NCBI GenBank assembly: GCA_043807135.1
Contig: JAZDGF010000001.1
Coordinates: 4,573 to 68,572 of the forward strand
Length of the DNA: 64,000 nucleotides
Direction of reading: 5' to 3'
Origin: Candidatus Levyibacteriota bacterium
Lineage (GTDB): Bacteria; Patescibacteriota; Microgenomatia; Levybacterales; UBA12049
Part shown: in pieces, positions 48,307 through 56,131 of the stretch
Layout of the letters: the number at the start of each line of letters is the position of its first letter
How positions within the stretch are numbered: position 1 is the first letter of the stretch
Program-made: the position numbers and the translations under genes
The notes under the pieces: generated by a model
Told to the model about the DNA's origin: nothing
Databases searched by the model: none
The model's input: the letters and a program-made list of their open reading frames with translations, nothing else

Positions 48307-49050
48307 ATGGAAAAACTTATTTTTATTTTTATTGCAACTTTTTTAATTAGCCTTGCTTCTTTAATAGGTGTTTTTACTCTTTCAATTAAAGAAAAGGTTT
48401 TGTCAAAATTTCTTCTGTTTCTTGTTTCGCTATCAGCAGGTGCCTTAATGGGTGGGGCTTTTCTTCACCTTTTACCCGAAGCCTCTGAAAAGCTCAACAA
48501 TGGAGATATGTATACTATTGTTTTACTTTCTTTTGTTCTGTTTTTCTTAATAGAGAAGCTTCTTCATTGGCGCCATTGTCATAAAAAAAACTGTAAAGTT
48601 CACACATTTGGCTATATGAATCTTTTTGGGGATGCTGTTCACAATTTTATCGATGGATTAATTATTGCAGCGACTTTTTTAATCGATGTAAATTTAGGTA
48701 TAGTAACAAGTTTTGCCATTGCTCTGCACGAAATACCACAGGAAATTGGAGATTTTGGAGTCCTCCTTTATTCCGGATTTAGTCGCAAAAAGGCTCTTAT
48801 TTCTAATTTCTTAGTAGGGCTGACTGCAGTTTTTGGAGGTATTCTTGGATATTTCCTCTCACTTCAAATAGAAAATATGACATCATATCTTCTTCCCTTT
48901 GCTGCAGGAGGATTTATTTACATTGCTGCTTCAGACTTAATGCCTGAAATGCGAAAAGAAGCCAGTCTTAAAAAATCTATGATTTCTTTTGGCGTCTTTC
49001 TTATCGGCATTCTTATTATGTTTTTAGTTAAATTTATTGGTCATGAGTGA
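48307..49050 (+). CDS. ZIP family zinc transporter (ZupT-like)
   Basis: HEIPQEIGDFGVLL signature; paralog of 21540-22280. Confidence 0.85.
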   Translation: MEKLIFIFIATFLISLASLIGVFTLSIKEKVLSKFLLFLVSLSAGALMGGAFLHLLPEASEKLNNGDMYTIVLLSFVLFFLIEKLLHWRHCHKKNCKVHTFGYMNLFGDAVHNFIDGLIIAATFLIDVNLGIVTSFAIALHEIPQEIGDFGVLLYSGFSRKKALISNFLVGLTAVFGGILGYFLSLQIENMTSYLLPFAAGGFIYIAASDLMPEMRKEASLKKSMISFGVFLIGILIMFLVKFIGHE

Positions 49051-49151
49051 AAGTGTATCTAAAATCATTTAACTAAAGCGCCTCACATATTAAATTTGAG
49101 CGTAAAAAGTTCCCACATAATCAACTAGAGCCAGAAGAATTGATAAGCTAG

Positions 49152-49227
49152 CCTAAATCTGGTATAAATATAGGCGTTGTTTGGGCAAGGAAGAATGTGC
49201 GTATTTCTTCCAACCCCCGCAACACAA
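49152..49227 (+). repeat. Inter-cassette repeat copy R5 (tail replaced by hairpin ATCGCTC-CAAAA-GAGCGAT + T-run)
   Basis: GCCTAAATCTGGTATAAATATAGGCGTTGTTTGGGCAAGGAAGAATGTGCGTATTTCTTCCAACCCCCGCAACAC. Confidence 0.75.
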
Positions 49228-49251
49228 ATAATCGCTCCAAAAGAGCGATTT

Positions 49252-49596
49252 TTAGTTCTTGAAAAATAAATTAAACCACTTTTGCCAATTAGGAGATTTC
49301 TCTTGAGGCTTTTTTTCCTCTTTTCCTTCTAAGAGCTTTGTTGGAATTATCACTGGCTGCTCCCCCGGTTTCCCCATAAAAAGCTTATTTCTTGCTTCCT
49401 GCTCTATAAAATTTTTACTTTGCACAATTGAAATTTGTGCTTTTAGTTTTTGATTTAACATCTTTTCATCATCAAGCTCTTTTTGAGCGCTAACTACAAG
49501 GTCCTGTTTTTGCATAAGATCATAAATGGAACGAGCCAAGTTATTTATAACAAAAAGTAAAGCTATAACGACTGCAATAAAAACTACCTTTTTCAT
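49252..49596 (-). CDS. FtsB/DivIC-like septum formation initiator
   Basis: TM helix, then a coiled coil and ...NFIEQEARNKLFMGKPGEQPVII, the family C-terminal motif. The internal Met is preferred; the ORF-track start is at 49692. Confidence 0.5.
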   Translation of the reverse strand: MKKVVFIAVVIALLFVINNLARSIYDLMQKQDLVVSAQKELDDEKMLNQKLKAQISIVQSKNFIEQEARNKLFMGKPGEQPVIIPTKLLEGKEEKKPQEKSPNWQKWFNLFFKN

Positions 49597-49720
49597 ATAT
49601 TTAATCTTAGCATAAAAATATTTAGTATATTTTTCTCCTTGACTAAATTTAAATTCAATGATATTATAGGACATTATTACTGCCAAATACATTTAAACCT
49701 AGATCGAGGTTATTAAAAAT

Positions 49721-50581
49721 ATGAAACCTATTAAATTACGGGATGCCCACCAAGAATTTACAAAATTTTTAAAAGATAAGAATCATTCAAATTCAACCGT
49801 TGTTGCTTATGGTAAGGATATTGATCAGCTTATTTCTTTTCTCGAAGAACTTGAAAAAAACCATATCCATGAAGTATCTAAAGAAAATATTGAAGCTTTC
49901 CTAGCTAAGATGGGTAAAAATGGCTATACCCCAAAGTCAATTTCAAGAAAAATTAATTCTACAAGAACTTTTTATAGGTTCTTAAAAGTAAACGAATATG
50001 TTACAGATGACCCTTCTCTTTTAATTTCTCATCCAACTTATCAACTTGCTCCACCCAGAATTCTTACACCAACCGAATACAGAGCTTTAAGAGATGCTGC
50101 TAGAAATGATGCTAGAATGTACGCTGTTATTGAGCTTTTGCTTCAAACAGGAATTAGAATCGGTGAACTTGCCAACCTTAGGCTTTCAGATATTAAGAAT
50201 GACAGTCTAAGAATTGCTCCTTTTGAAAAACATGAAGAAAGAACCGTTCCTCTTAATAGAAGAGCAAAGGAAGCTTTAAATAGCTATATTAAGATAAGAC
50301 CAAATGTAAAAGAAGAAACTGTTTTCATTACAAAATCAGGAAAGCCTTTCTTGATTAGAAATATCAGAACTGCAATTGAACGCTATTTCAGACTTGCTGA
50401 AATAAAAAATGCTAAAGTAAACGATTTAAGACATACTTTTGTTGCCCATCACTTAAAACATGGTGTTTCTTTAATTGTTCTATCTAGGGTGTTGGGGCAT
50501 AAAAGACTTTCTACGACTGAACGTTATCTTCAATACGTTGCTGATCGAGGAAAAGAAACTCAGTCTCTTAGCGAACTTTAA
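49721..50581 (+). CDS. Tyrosine recombinase/integrase (XerC/XerD-like size; no IntI-specific insertion seen)
   Basis: Catalytic R...H-x-x-R...Y pattern (LRHTFVAHHLKHG...LGHKRLSTTERYLQ); 286 aa. Confidence 0.85.
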   Translation: MKPIKLRDAHQEFTKFLKDKNHSNSTVVAYGKDIDQLISFLEELEKNHIHEVSKENIEAFLAKMGKNGYTPKSISRKINSTRTFYRFLKVNEYVTDDPSLLISHPTYQLAPPRILTPTEYRALRDAARNDARMYAVIELLLQTGIRIGELANLRLSDIKNDSLRIAPFEKHEERTVPLNRRAKEALNSYIKIRPNVKEETVFITKSGKPFLIRNIRTAIERYFRLAEIKNAKVNDLRHTFVAHHLKHGVSLIVLSRVLGHKRLSTTERYLQYVADRGKETQSLSEL

Positions 50582-50594
50582 AGTAGATTCCAGG

Positions 50595-50668
50595 TGGGTC
50601 AGGATGGATTCGAACCATCGAACTTCCATTTTATAAGAATGGCACTCTAACCACTGAGTTACTGACCC
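50595..50668 (-). tRNA. tRNA-Ile with UAU anticodon
   Basis: Reverse complement GGGTCAGTAACTCAGTGGTTAGAGTGCCATTCTTATAAAATGGAAGTTCGATGGTTCGAATCCATCCTGACCCA. Anticodon stem CCATT/AATGG, loop CTTATAA; the variable loop appears to be 6 nt. Confidence 0.7.
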
Positions 50669-50680
50669 AATTCGTGACAA

Positions 50681-51385
50681 TTATACCATGACTTCAAGTC
50701 TTTCTGCATAATAATTAGAGATAGCTTTTATTGTCATCATAATTTTTTCTTTTATCAGAATATTGCTTACTAATAAACCGCATGTTCCATGACCAAATCC
50801 CTTGTGATCTATCTTAACTCTCGTGCTTTGTTTAATATAAGGCTTTGCAAACTGCGACAGTGGAAGCTTTAATACTTTACTCCAATACTTCATTTCTTTT
50901 TTAATATCCATATCCTTATATAGCTGTAAGGTAACTTTTATTCTCTTTTTAGGAATTTCTAATGCATTTACCATCCAACATAAAGTGAACGTAAGCATTT
51001 CAGGATCTGTATTGTTAACAACAATTGGACCATTCATTCGCTTTGTTCCTTCTCCCCAATATAAAAATATTCCAGCTAGTTCAAGTTCTTTTTTGCTTAG
51101 AGATGACCAACGCTCTTTTTCTCTTTTATATGTTACATTTATTCTGCTTTCACGTTTTTTTTGTTTTGTAATCCTAATTTTCTCTATACTTAAAAACTTA
51201 TTTTTCTTTCTCGTCTTTTCAAGCTGAATTATTTGCTTTGTAGTTAGAGGAAGTTTTGCAATCCAGTCAGAAAGTGTACTTTTTGAAACATTTATTTCCC
51301 GTCTAATTTCACTATAAGTTTTACCTTGTTTTCTTAATCTTATCGCTTTTGCTCTATCGTTTAACCTTGCCATAAAACGAACCAT
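50681..51385 (-). CDS. Free-standing HTH + LAGLIDADG-like protein (paralog of 42559-43242), immediately 5' of tRNA-Ile
   Basis: N-terminal HTH (IRLRKQGKTYSEIRREINVSKSTLSDWI); LAGIFLYWGEGTK followed by NTDPEMLTFTLCWMVNALEI. Confidence 0.55.
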   Translation of the reverse strand: MVRFMARLNDRAKAIRLRKQGKTYSEIRREINVSKSTLSDWIAKLPLTTKQIIQLEKTRKKNKFLSIEKIRITKQKKRESRINVTYKREKERWSSLSKKELELAGIFLYWGEGTKRMNGPIVVNNTDPEMLTFTLCWMVNALEIPKKRIKVTLQLYKDMDIKKEMKYWSKVLKLPLSQFAKPYIKQSTRVKIDHKGFGHGTCGLLVSNILIKEKIMMTIKAISNYYAERLEVMV

Positions 51386-51468
51386 TAAATTATTTTGATT
51401 AGGTACACATTCATGGTACGATATTATTAAGAGTCTGCAAAGGAGAGATTATTAAAACGACATTAGGA

Positions 51469-53835
51469 TTAGAGCCTTGCTCTAGCAGCAATTTCTGCCT
51501 CAATGGAGTTTACTTCTTTTCCGTATTTAAGCCTAGATAATTCTTTTATAAGTTCTGCAACTCTTGGATTCTCCGCTGCTTTCTCTTTTGCCATATCCCG
51601 AGTTAAATCCATAGAAAAAGGCGGAATCGGTTCTCCATAAACTACTGTTTTTATATAGGCGTTATATCTATCAACATTAATAAGGTCTGCTTCGGTAAAT
51701 ACCGGCTGGAATTCATGTTGGAGATAGTTTGCATCTGTAACACCTACCCTAAATGCTGTAAGAGTTCCCACGTTTCCAAAAATTGCATTTTTAACTTCTT
51801 CATCCATTTGTCCAATAAACTGATTCGCAACTATTAAATTAAGCCTGTATTTTCTTGCTTCAGATAAAATTTGGGCAAAATCAGGAGTCGCAAAATTTTG
51901 AAACTCGTCTACATATAGATAAAAATCTCGCCTTGATTCTTCAGGAATATCTTGCCTACTCATTGCAGCAACTAAAATCTTAGGAACTAGAATAAGTCCC
52001 AAAAATGCAGAGTTTTCTTCTCCGATTTTTCCCTTGGAAAGTGAAACCAAAAGAATTTTTCCTTCATCCATTACTTTTCTAAAATCAAAGGAAGACTCTG
52101 ATTGTCCGATAATATTTCGCATCATTTTATTGGTTACAAAACGACCGAACTTAGAGACAATATAATCAAGTACTTCAGATTTATGAAAATCACTTGTCTG
52201 AGCAATCTGATCAGTCCAGTAACGTCTTATAATCGGGTCTTTTACTTTTGGTAAAAGTTCTTCTACAAAAGTAGAATCTGTTAAAACACGAACAACTTCT
52301 ATAAAAGTATTACCAGGCTCAGACATAACCGTAAGCATGGCGTTTCTAATTGCGTGCTCAAAACGTGGACCGATAATTCCTGTTTTATTAGGATCATAAA
52401 GCTTATACATAAGTCCAACGATTGCAGAAACTACATAGTGTTTTTGATCTTCTGTTTTTGCCTCAAGCATGTTTAATCCCATTGGCCGATCTACGTCTGA
52501 GGGATCAAATAATATTACATCTTCAGCTCGCTCAGGTGGAATAAGAGGTAAAAGCTTATCAATAGTATCATGAGGATCAATAAAACAAACACCTTCTCCG
52601 TTTTTAATGTCTTGCAAAATCATATCTTTTAGAAATTCTGATTTTCCAACACCGGTTTTTCCAATAGTATACATATGTTTTCTCCTATCATCTCTTTGCA
52701 TATAAATAGGTTTTGATAAGCCTCTAAAAATGCTCCTTCCTAAGAAAAGACCTGTGTCTGGAATTTGTGCAGGAGCTGGTGCTCTTTTTGAGGTAAGCCA
52801 GTGAATATGCGGAGTTTGCACCTGTTTATTTGGAAAATGAAAAATCGTTGCCAGCTCCTCACTTGTTAAGACTGATGTTTGACCTCGCATTGGCATATAT
52901 CTGTAAACAAAATCCGTCATAAACATGCCTTTAACCAAATGCTTATTTGTTGTAAAAGAATTTGCTCCAGAGAATTGGCTAAAAGCATTTTTAATATTAT
53001 TCAAATGAGCTTCTGCTGATTCTTTGGTGCTTGATGAAACAACCATTCTTATTACCACATTAAAGCCTGGTTTTGAAATTTTATTTTCAACCCCTTCTAG
53101 TTCTTTTGAATCAGATGAATACTTAGCAGTTTCTGGGTTTGCCTCAGATTTTTTAGTAGAAGCAATATAGCTCCTACCTCTTTTTTTCCATCTTGAACCG
53201 GCCGGCTCAACAATAATCTGAATTGCAGCTCCCTCCCCTTCAGCCATTTTTGCTAAAACAGAAGTAATTGAAGAAAGAGAATCAGTCGGTAAGTCTTTAA
53301 AAACTTTAATTGGTAAGTAATCCGAAGTTTTAAGCTTCATGCTCGCAACAACAACTTTTCCTTCATTGGAAAAAATATTATATTCATTACCAAAGGTATA
53401 TCCTTGTCTTCCAGACTTTGAATCAACTACTTTAATCTCTGCGTCAGGATATGCGCCATTAATTTGCTTTTCAATTAAATCCTTGTATTTATTTGGCACA
53501 TCAACATAAAAACGGATGTCTTGTGGAATACCGACAATCTCAAAAGTAAGATGCGGTTGAGATTTTAAAAAACTTAACTTCCCACTTTTTCTTAAACCTG
53601 CAATACCTGCAAAAAGCTGCTCTGCTGCGTCAATTTTTATTTCATTGTCTCTTGGAAGTGTAATTTGTAAAAGAGTTGAATTAAGTGAATCTTTTTCTCT
53701 ATTCCTATGTCTATACCAAAGATATATTACGTAAAAAATTGCTGCTGATGTGAGAACAATAAAAGAAGAAATTAAAAACCCAAGAAAAAGAGATATTAAA
53801 AAAGGGTACAGCTGATCTAGTGTAAAGTTAATCAT
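51469..53835 (-). CDS. VirD4/TraD/TraG-like type IV coupling protein ATPase (membrane-anchored)
   Basis: N-terminal TM helices, Walker A TIGKTGVGKSEFL, Walker B LYVDEFQNF. Confidence 0.5.
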   Translation of the reverse strand: MINFTLDQLYPFLISLFLGFLISSFIVLTSAAIFYVIYLWYRHRNREKDSLNSTLLQITLPRDNEIKIDAAEQLFAGIAGLRKSGKLSFLKSQPHLTFEIVGIPQDIRFYVDVPNKYKDLIEKQINGAYPDAEIKVVDSKSGRQGYTFGNEYNIFSNEGKVVVASMKLKTSDYLPIKVFKDLPTDSLSSITSVLAKMAEGEGAAIQIIVEPAGSRWKKRGRSYIASTKKSEANPETAKYSSDSKELEGVENKISKPGFNVVIRMVVSSSTKESAEAHLNNIKNAFSQFSGANSFTTNKHLVKGMFMTDFVYRYMPMRGQTSVLTSEELATIFHFPNKQVQTPHIHWLTSKRAPAPAQIPDTGLFLGRSIFRGLSKPIYMQRDDRRKHMYTIGKTGVGKSEFLKDMILQDIKNGEGVCFIDPHDTIDKLLPLIPPERAEDVILFDPSDVDRPMGLNMLEAKTEDQKHYVVSAIVGLMYKLYDPNKTGIIGPRFEHAIRNAMLTVMSEPGNTFIEVVRVLTDSTFVEELLPKVKDPIIRRYWTDQIAQTSDFHKSEVLDYIVSKFGRFVTNKMMRNIIGQSESSFDFRKVMDEGKILLVSLSKGKIGEENSAFLGLILVPKILVAAMSRQDIPEESRRDFYLYVDEFQNFATPDFAQILSEARKYRLNLIVANQFIGQMDEEVKNAIFGNVGTLTAFRVGVTDANYLQHEFQPVFTEADLINVDRYNAYIKTVVYGEPIPPFSMDLTRDMAKEKAAENPRVAELIKELSRLKYGKEVNSIEAEIAARARL

Positions 53836-54242
53836 TTTACGCTTCCTTTCATCATCTTAATTTGTCTCAAAACTGATAAAGCAAGCCAACGAATTGACTC
53901 TGCAATTTTCTTATGCATTTTTAACGTTTCTTCTGCTTTTTGCTCAGTCATTGGAAGTTGAACTTTGCCTGATGGCTCTGTTTCAACTGGTGTTGCTTCT
54001 TTTGCATAAGTTATACCCGCTTCTGCGTCTTCTTTTGTTAATTTTGGTGCTTCAGAGACTATTTCAACCCCTGCTGTTTTTACCTCTGGATGTAACTCTG
54101 GCTCTTTTTCGGAAGAGAGCACCAAAGGCTCACTTGCTGCAATCGGTTCTGTCTCTTTATGAATAACGTTTGCGCTTGTTTGCGACTGCTGAGGAACCGA
54201 GTCATTATTTGTATCTGATTTTTGCTGATTTTGGTCGCTCAT
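53832..54242 (-). CDS. Hypothetical acidic low-complexity protein (stop overlaps the start of the coupling-protein gene)
   Basis: 136 aa, rich in E/T/P; ATGA-type overlap at 53832-53835. Confidence 0.4.
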   Translation of the reverse strand: MSDQNQQKSDTNNDSVPQQSQTSANVIHKETEPIAASEPLVLSSEKEPELHPEVKTAGVEIVSEAPKLTKEDAEAGITYAKEATPVETEPSGKVQLPMTEQKAEETLKMHKKIAESIRWLALSVLRQIKMMKGSVK

Positions 54243-54305
54243 ACTTAATCATGATAGCACGAAAAAGAAACACTGTCATTACGTTTAGCTTACATTTTCC
54301 TTTTA

Positions 54306-55394
54306 TTATCTATTAGCTGATTCTTTGCATTTTGGACAGGTAATTTTACTCTCAGTTAATTCAGCGTTTACTGTTTCATGGCAAAAAGGACATTTAACAC
54401 AATTCATTGAATTGCTTTCTCTATTTAAAAGGGGAGTTATACTTCCTAAATTATTAAAAATATTGTTACTCTGTGTTCCGCTACTGCCACAGCTTCCCTG
54501 AACCGTAGGAGCTTTTTTATTTCCGTATTCAGAAACCAGTGCTCCAATATTTAACCCTCCTGCCTCTGTGATGAAAGCTTTTTCTGAAAAGAAAAAAGGT
54601 GTCTCTTTTCTTTCAAGCTCTATTGTATAGTTTTCAATTGTGTTAAAAAGTTTCATTCTTTCCTCTATGGAAGTAGCTTTGATAAATCTTTCTATTAGAG
54701 GCTCCATTTTTTCTGTAATACGTTTAAATCTTTCATTTATTAGAAGATCATCTTCTATTGTAAAATTATTTAATGCAGGTTCTATTTTATCCTCTACTCC
54801 TCTTAAGATAACGGGGTTTGCAAGAAACTCTTCTGCTGTTTTATACCCATATTCTTTTCCGGAAATCTCCGACAAGACTTTATTAAATTGATCCATAGAT
54901 GGAGATTCTACTCTTATTGCAGTCATATCTATCTTTTTTTCTGTTTTTGATATTTTTTTTATTTTCCCAACAAATACAAATCCATAATCTCCATAACCTT
55001 GTTCTCTGAGCCCTGGAGGACTTGCCCAAACAATATTACAGTCTTCTCCTGCAAAGCTAAGCATTTTGTCAAGCTTTTTAAGTCCTGCTTCTTCAGCCAA
55101 TTCTCTTTCAATCGGAAGTTCTTGTAATACCCTCTCATTTACTGCTCTTTTTGCTTTAGTAACCATTGGCTCAAGTCTATGCTTATCTCTTAAATGAAAT
55201 TTTCCATCTATGCTAGTAAAAAGCAATTTATAATCATAAGTTGAGAGTTTAAACCTATACTCTCCTAAATATGAAAGGAGATCATCTCTTAATTCCCCTG
55301 CGCTTCCTCTTTCTCCTTCTTTAATTCTAAAAGCAGTAGGTCCTGTAACTTCTTTTAAAGCAAGGTTGCCAAAAGTATTATTTTCTTTTCCCAT
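54306..55394 (-). CDS. Hypothetical protein with C-terminal zinc ribbon
   Basis: C-terminal CVKCPFC...CPKCK. Confidence 0.45.
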   Translation of the reverse strand: MGKENNTFGNLALKEVTGPTAFRIKEGERGSAGELRDDLLSYLGEYRFKLSTYDYKLLFTSIDGKFHLRDKHRLEPMVTKAKRAVNERVLQELPIERELAEEAGLKKLDKMLSFAGEDCNIVWASPPGLREQGYGDYGFVFVGKIKKISKTEKKIDMTAIRVESPSMDQFNKVLSEISGKEYGYKTAEEFLANPVILRGVEDKIEPALNNFTIEDDLLINERFKRITEKMEPLIERFIKATSIEERMKLFNTIENYTIELERKETPFFFSEKAFITEAGGLNIGALVSEYGNKKAPTVQGSCGSSGTQSNNIFNNLGSITPLLNRESNSMNCVKCPFCHETVNAELTESKITCPKCKESANR

Positions 55395-55546
55395 AAAAAA
55401 ACTCCTCGTTTCCGGAAGAGTAATAATGCTTCTGTTCCGGAAGTCTTTTTTCCCTTTAGGGAACGGGGTTCTGACTTGTTTTGCAAAAGCAAACTTTACA
55501 GTTGCGGCACAGCGTCGGACTTACACCGACATTTCACCCGTTTAAA

Positions 55547-56095
55547 CTATCCTGTTTTTTTAATCCAGCTAGTTTCTTTTTTCCTATCTAATAGATTAGC
55601 AAATCTTGCTAAAGTAAACAAGTGGTCCGAGAGCCTATTTAAATAGGAAATGATTTCAATATCTATTTTTTCTTTTTTAGAAAGCTCAACAATTTTTCTT
55701 TCCGTTCTTCTGCAAACAGTTCTTGCTAAGTGTAAAAATGCACCTGATTCTTTCCCTCCTGGAAGAATAAAATTGGAAAGTAAGGGAATCTTTTTAGTTA
55801 ACAGGTCTATTTGCTTTTCCATTTCTTTAATTCTTGTCTTTAAATATCCTTTTAGATTTTTTGTTTTCTCCAAAGGGTTTGCTAGGCTTGCTCCGATTTC
55901 AAAAAGATCGTTTTGAATTTTATGTATCTCTTTTTTAACAATTTTATTTTTATTTTTTACTAAAACTACCCCTAAGATAGTGTTAAGCTCGTCTATATCT
56001 CCATAAGAAGTTACTCTTGGATGAGATTTTAAAATTTTTTGTCCTTTTCTTAAAGAAGTTTCTCCCCTGTCCCCTTTTCTCGTATAAATTGCCAT
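55547..56095 (-). CDS. ATP:cob(I)alamin adenosyltransferase, PduO type
   Basis: MAIYTRKGDRGETSL...YGDIDELN N-terminal signature. Confidence 0.8.
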   Translation of the reverse strand: MAIYTRKGDRGETSLRKGQKILKSHPRVTSYGDIDELNTILGVVLVKNKNKIVKKEIHKIQNDLFEIGASLANPLEKTKNLKGYLKTRIKEMEKQIDLLTKKIPLLSNFILPGGKESGAFLHLARTVCRRTERKIVELSKKEKIDIEIISYLNRLSDHLFTLARFANLLDRKKETSWIKKTG

Positions 56096-56131
56096 AAAAA
56101 AATGAAAGTAATTATAGGGAAATGCAGATTT

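Noticed and set aside
43300-49260. CRISPR array as an explanation for the regularly spaced repeats.
   Set aside because: The repeats are ~90 nt rather than 24-48 nt. The spacers are 0.4-2.4 kb gene modules of unequal length. No cas genes are present.
43300-50581. Classical integron (IntI + attI + attC cassettes).
   Set aside because: The recombinase is Xer-sized, without the IntI extra domain, and is not divergently placed. Repeats lack recognisable RYYYAAC/GTTRRRY cores. Cassettes carry their own promoters. The array is kept as 'integron-like' only.
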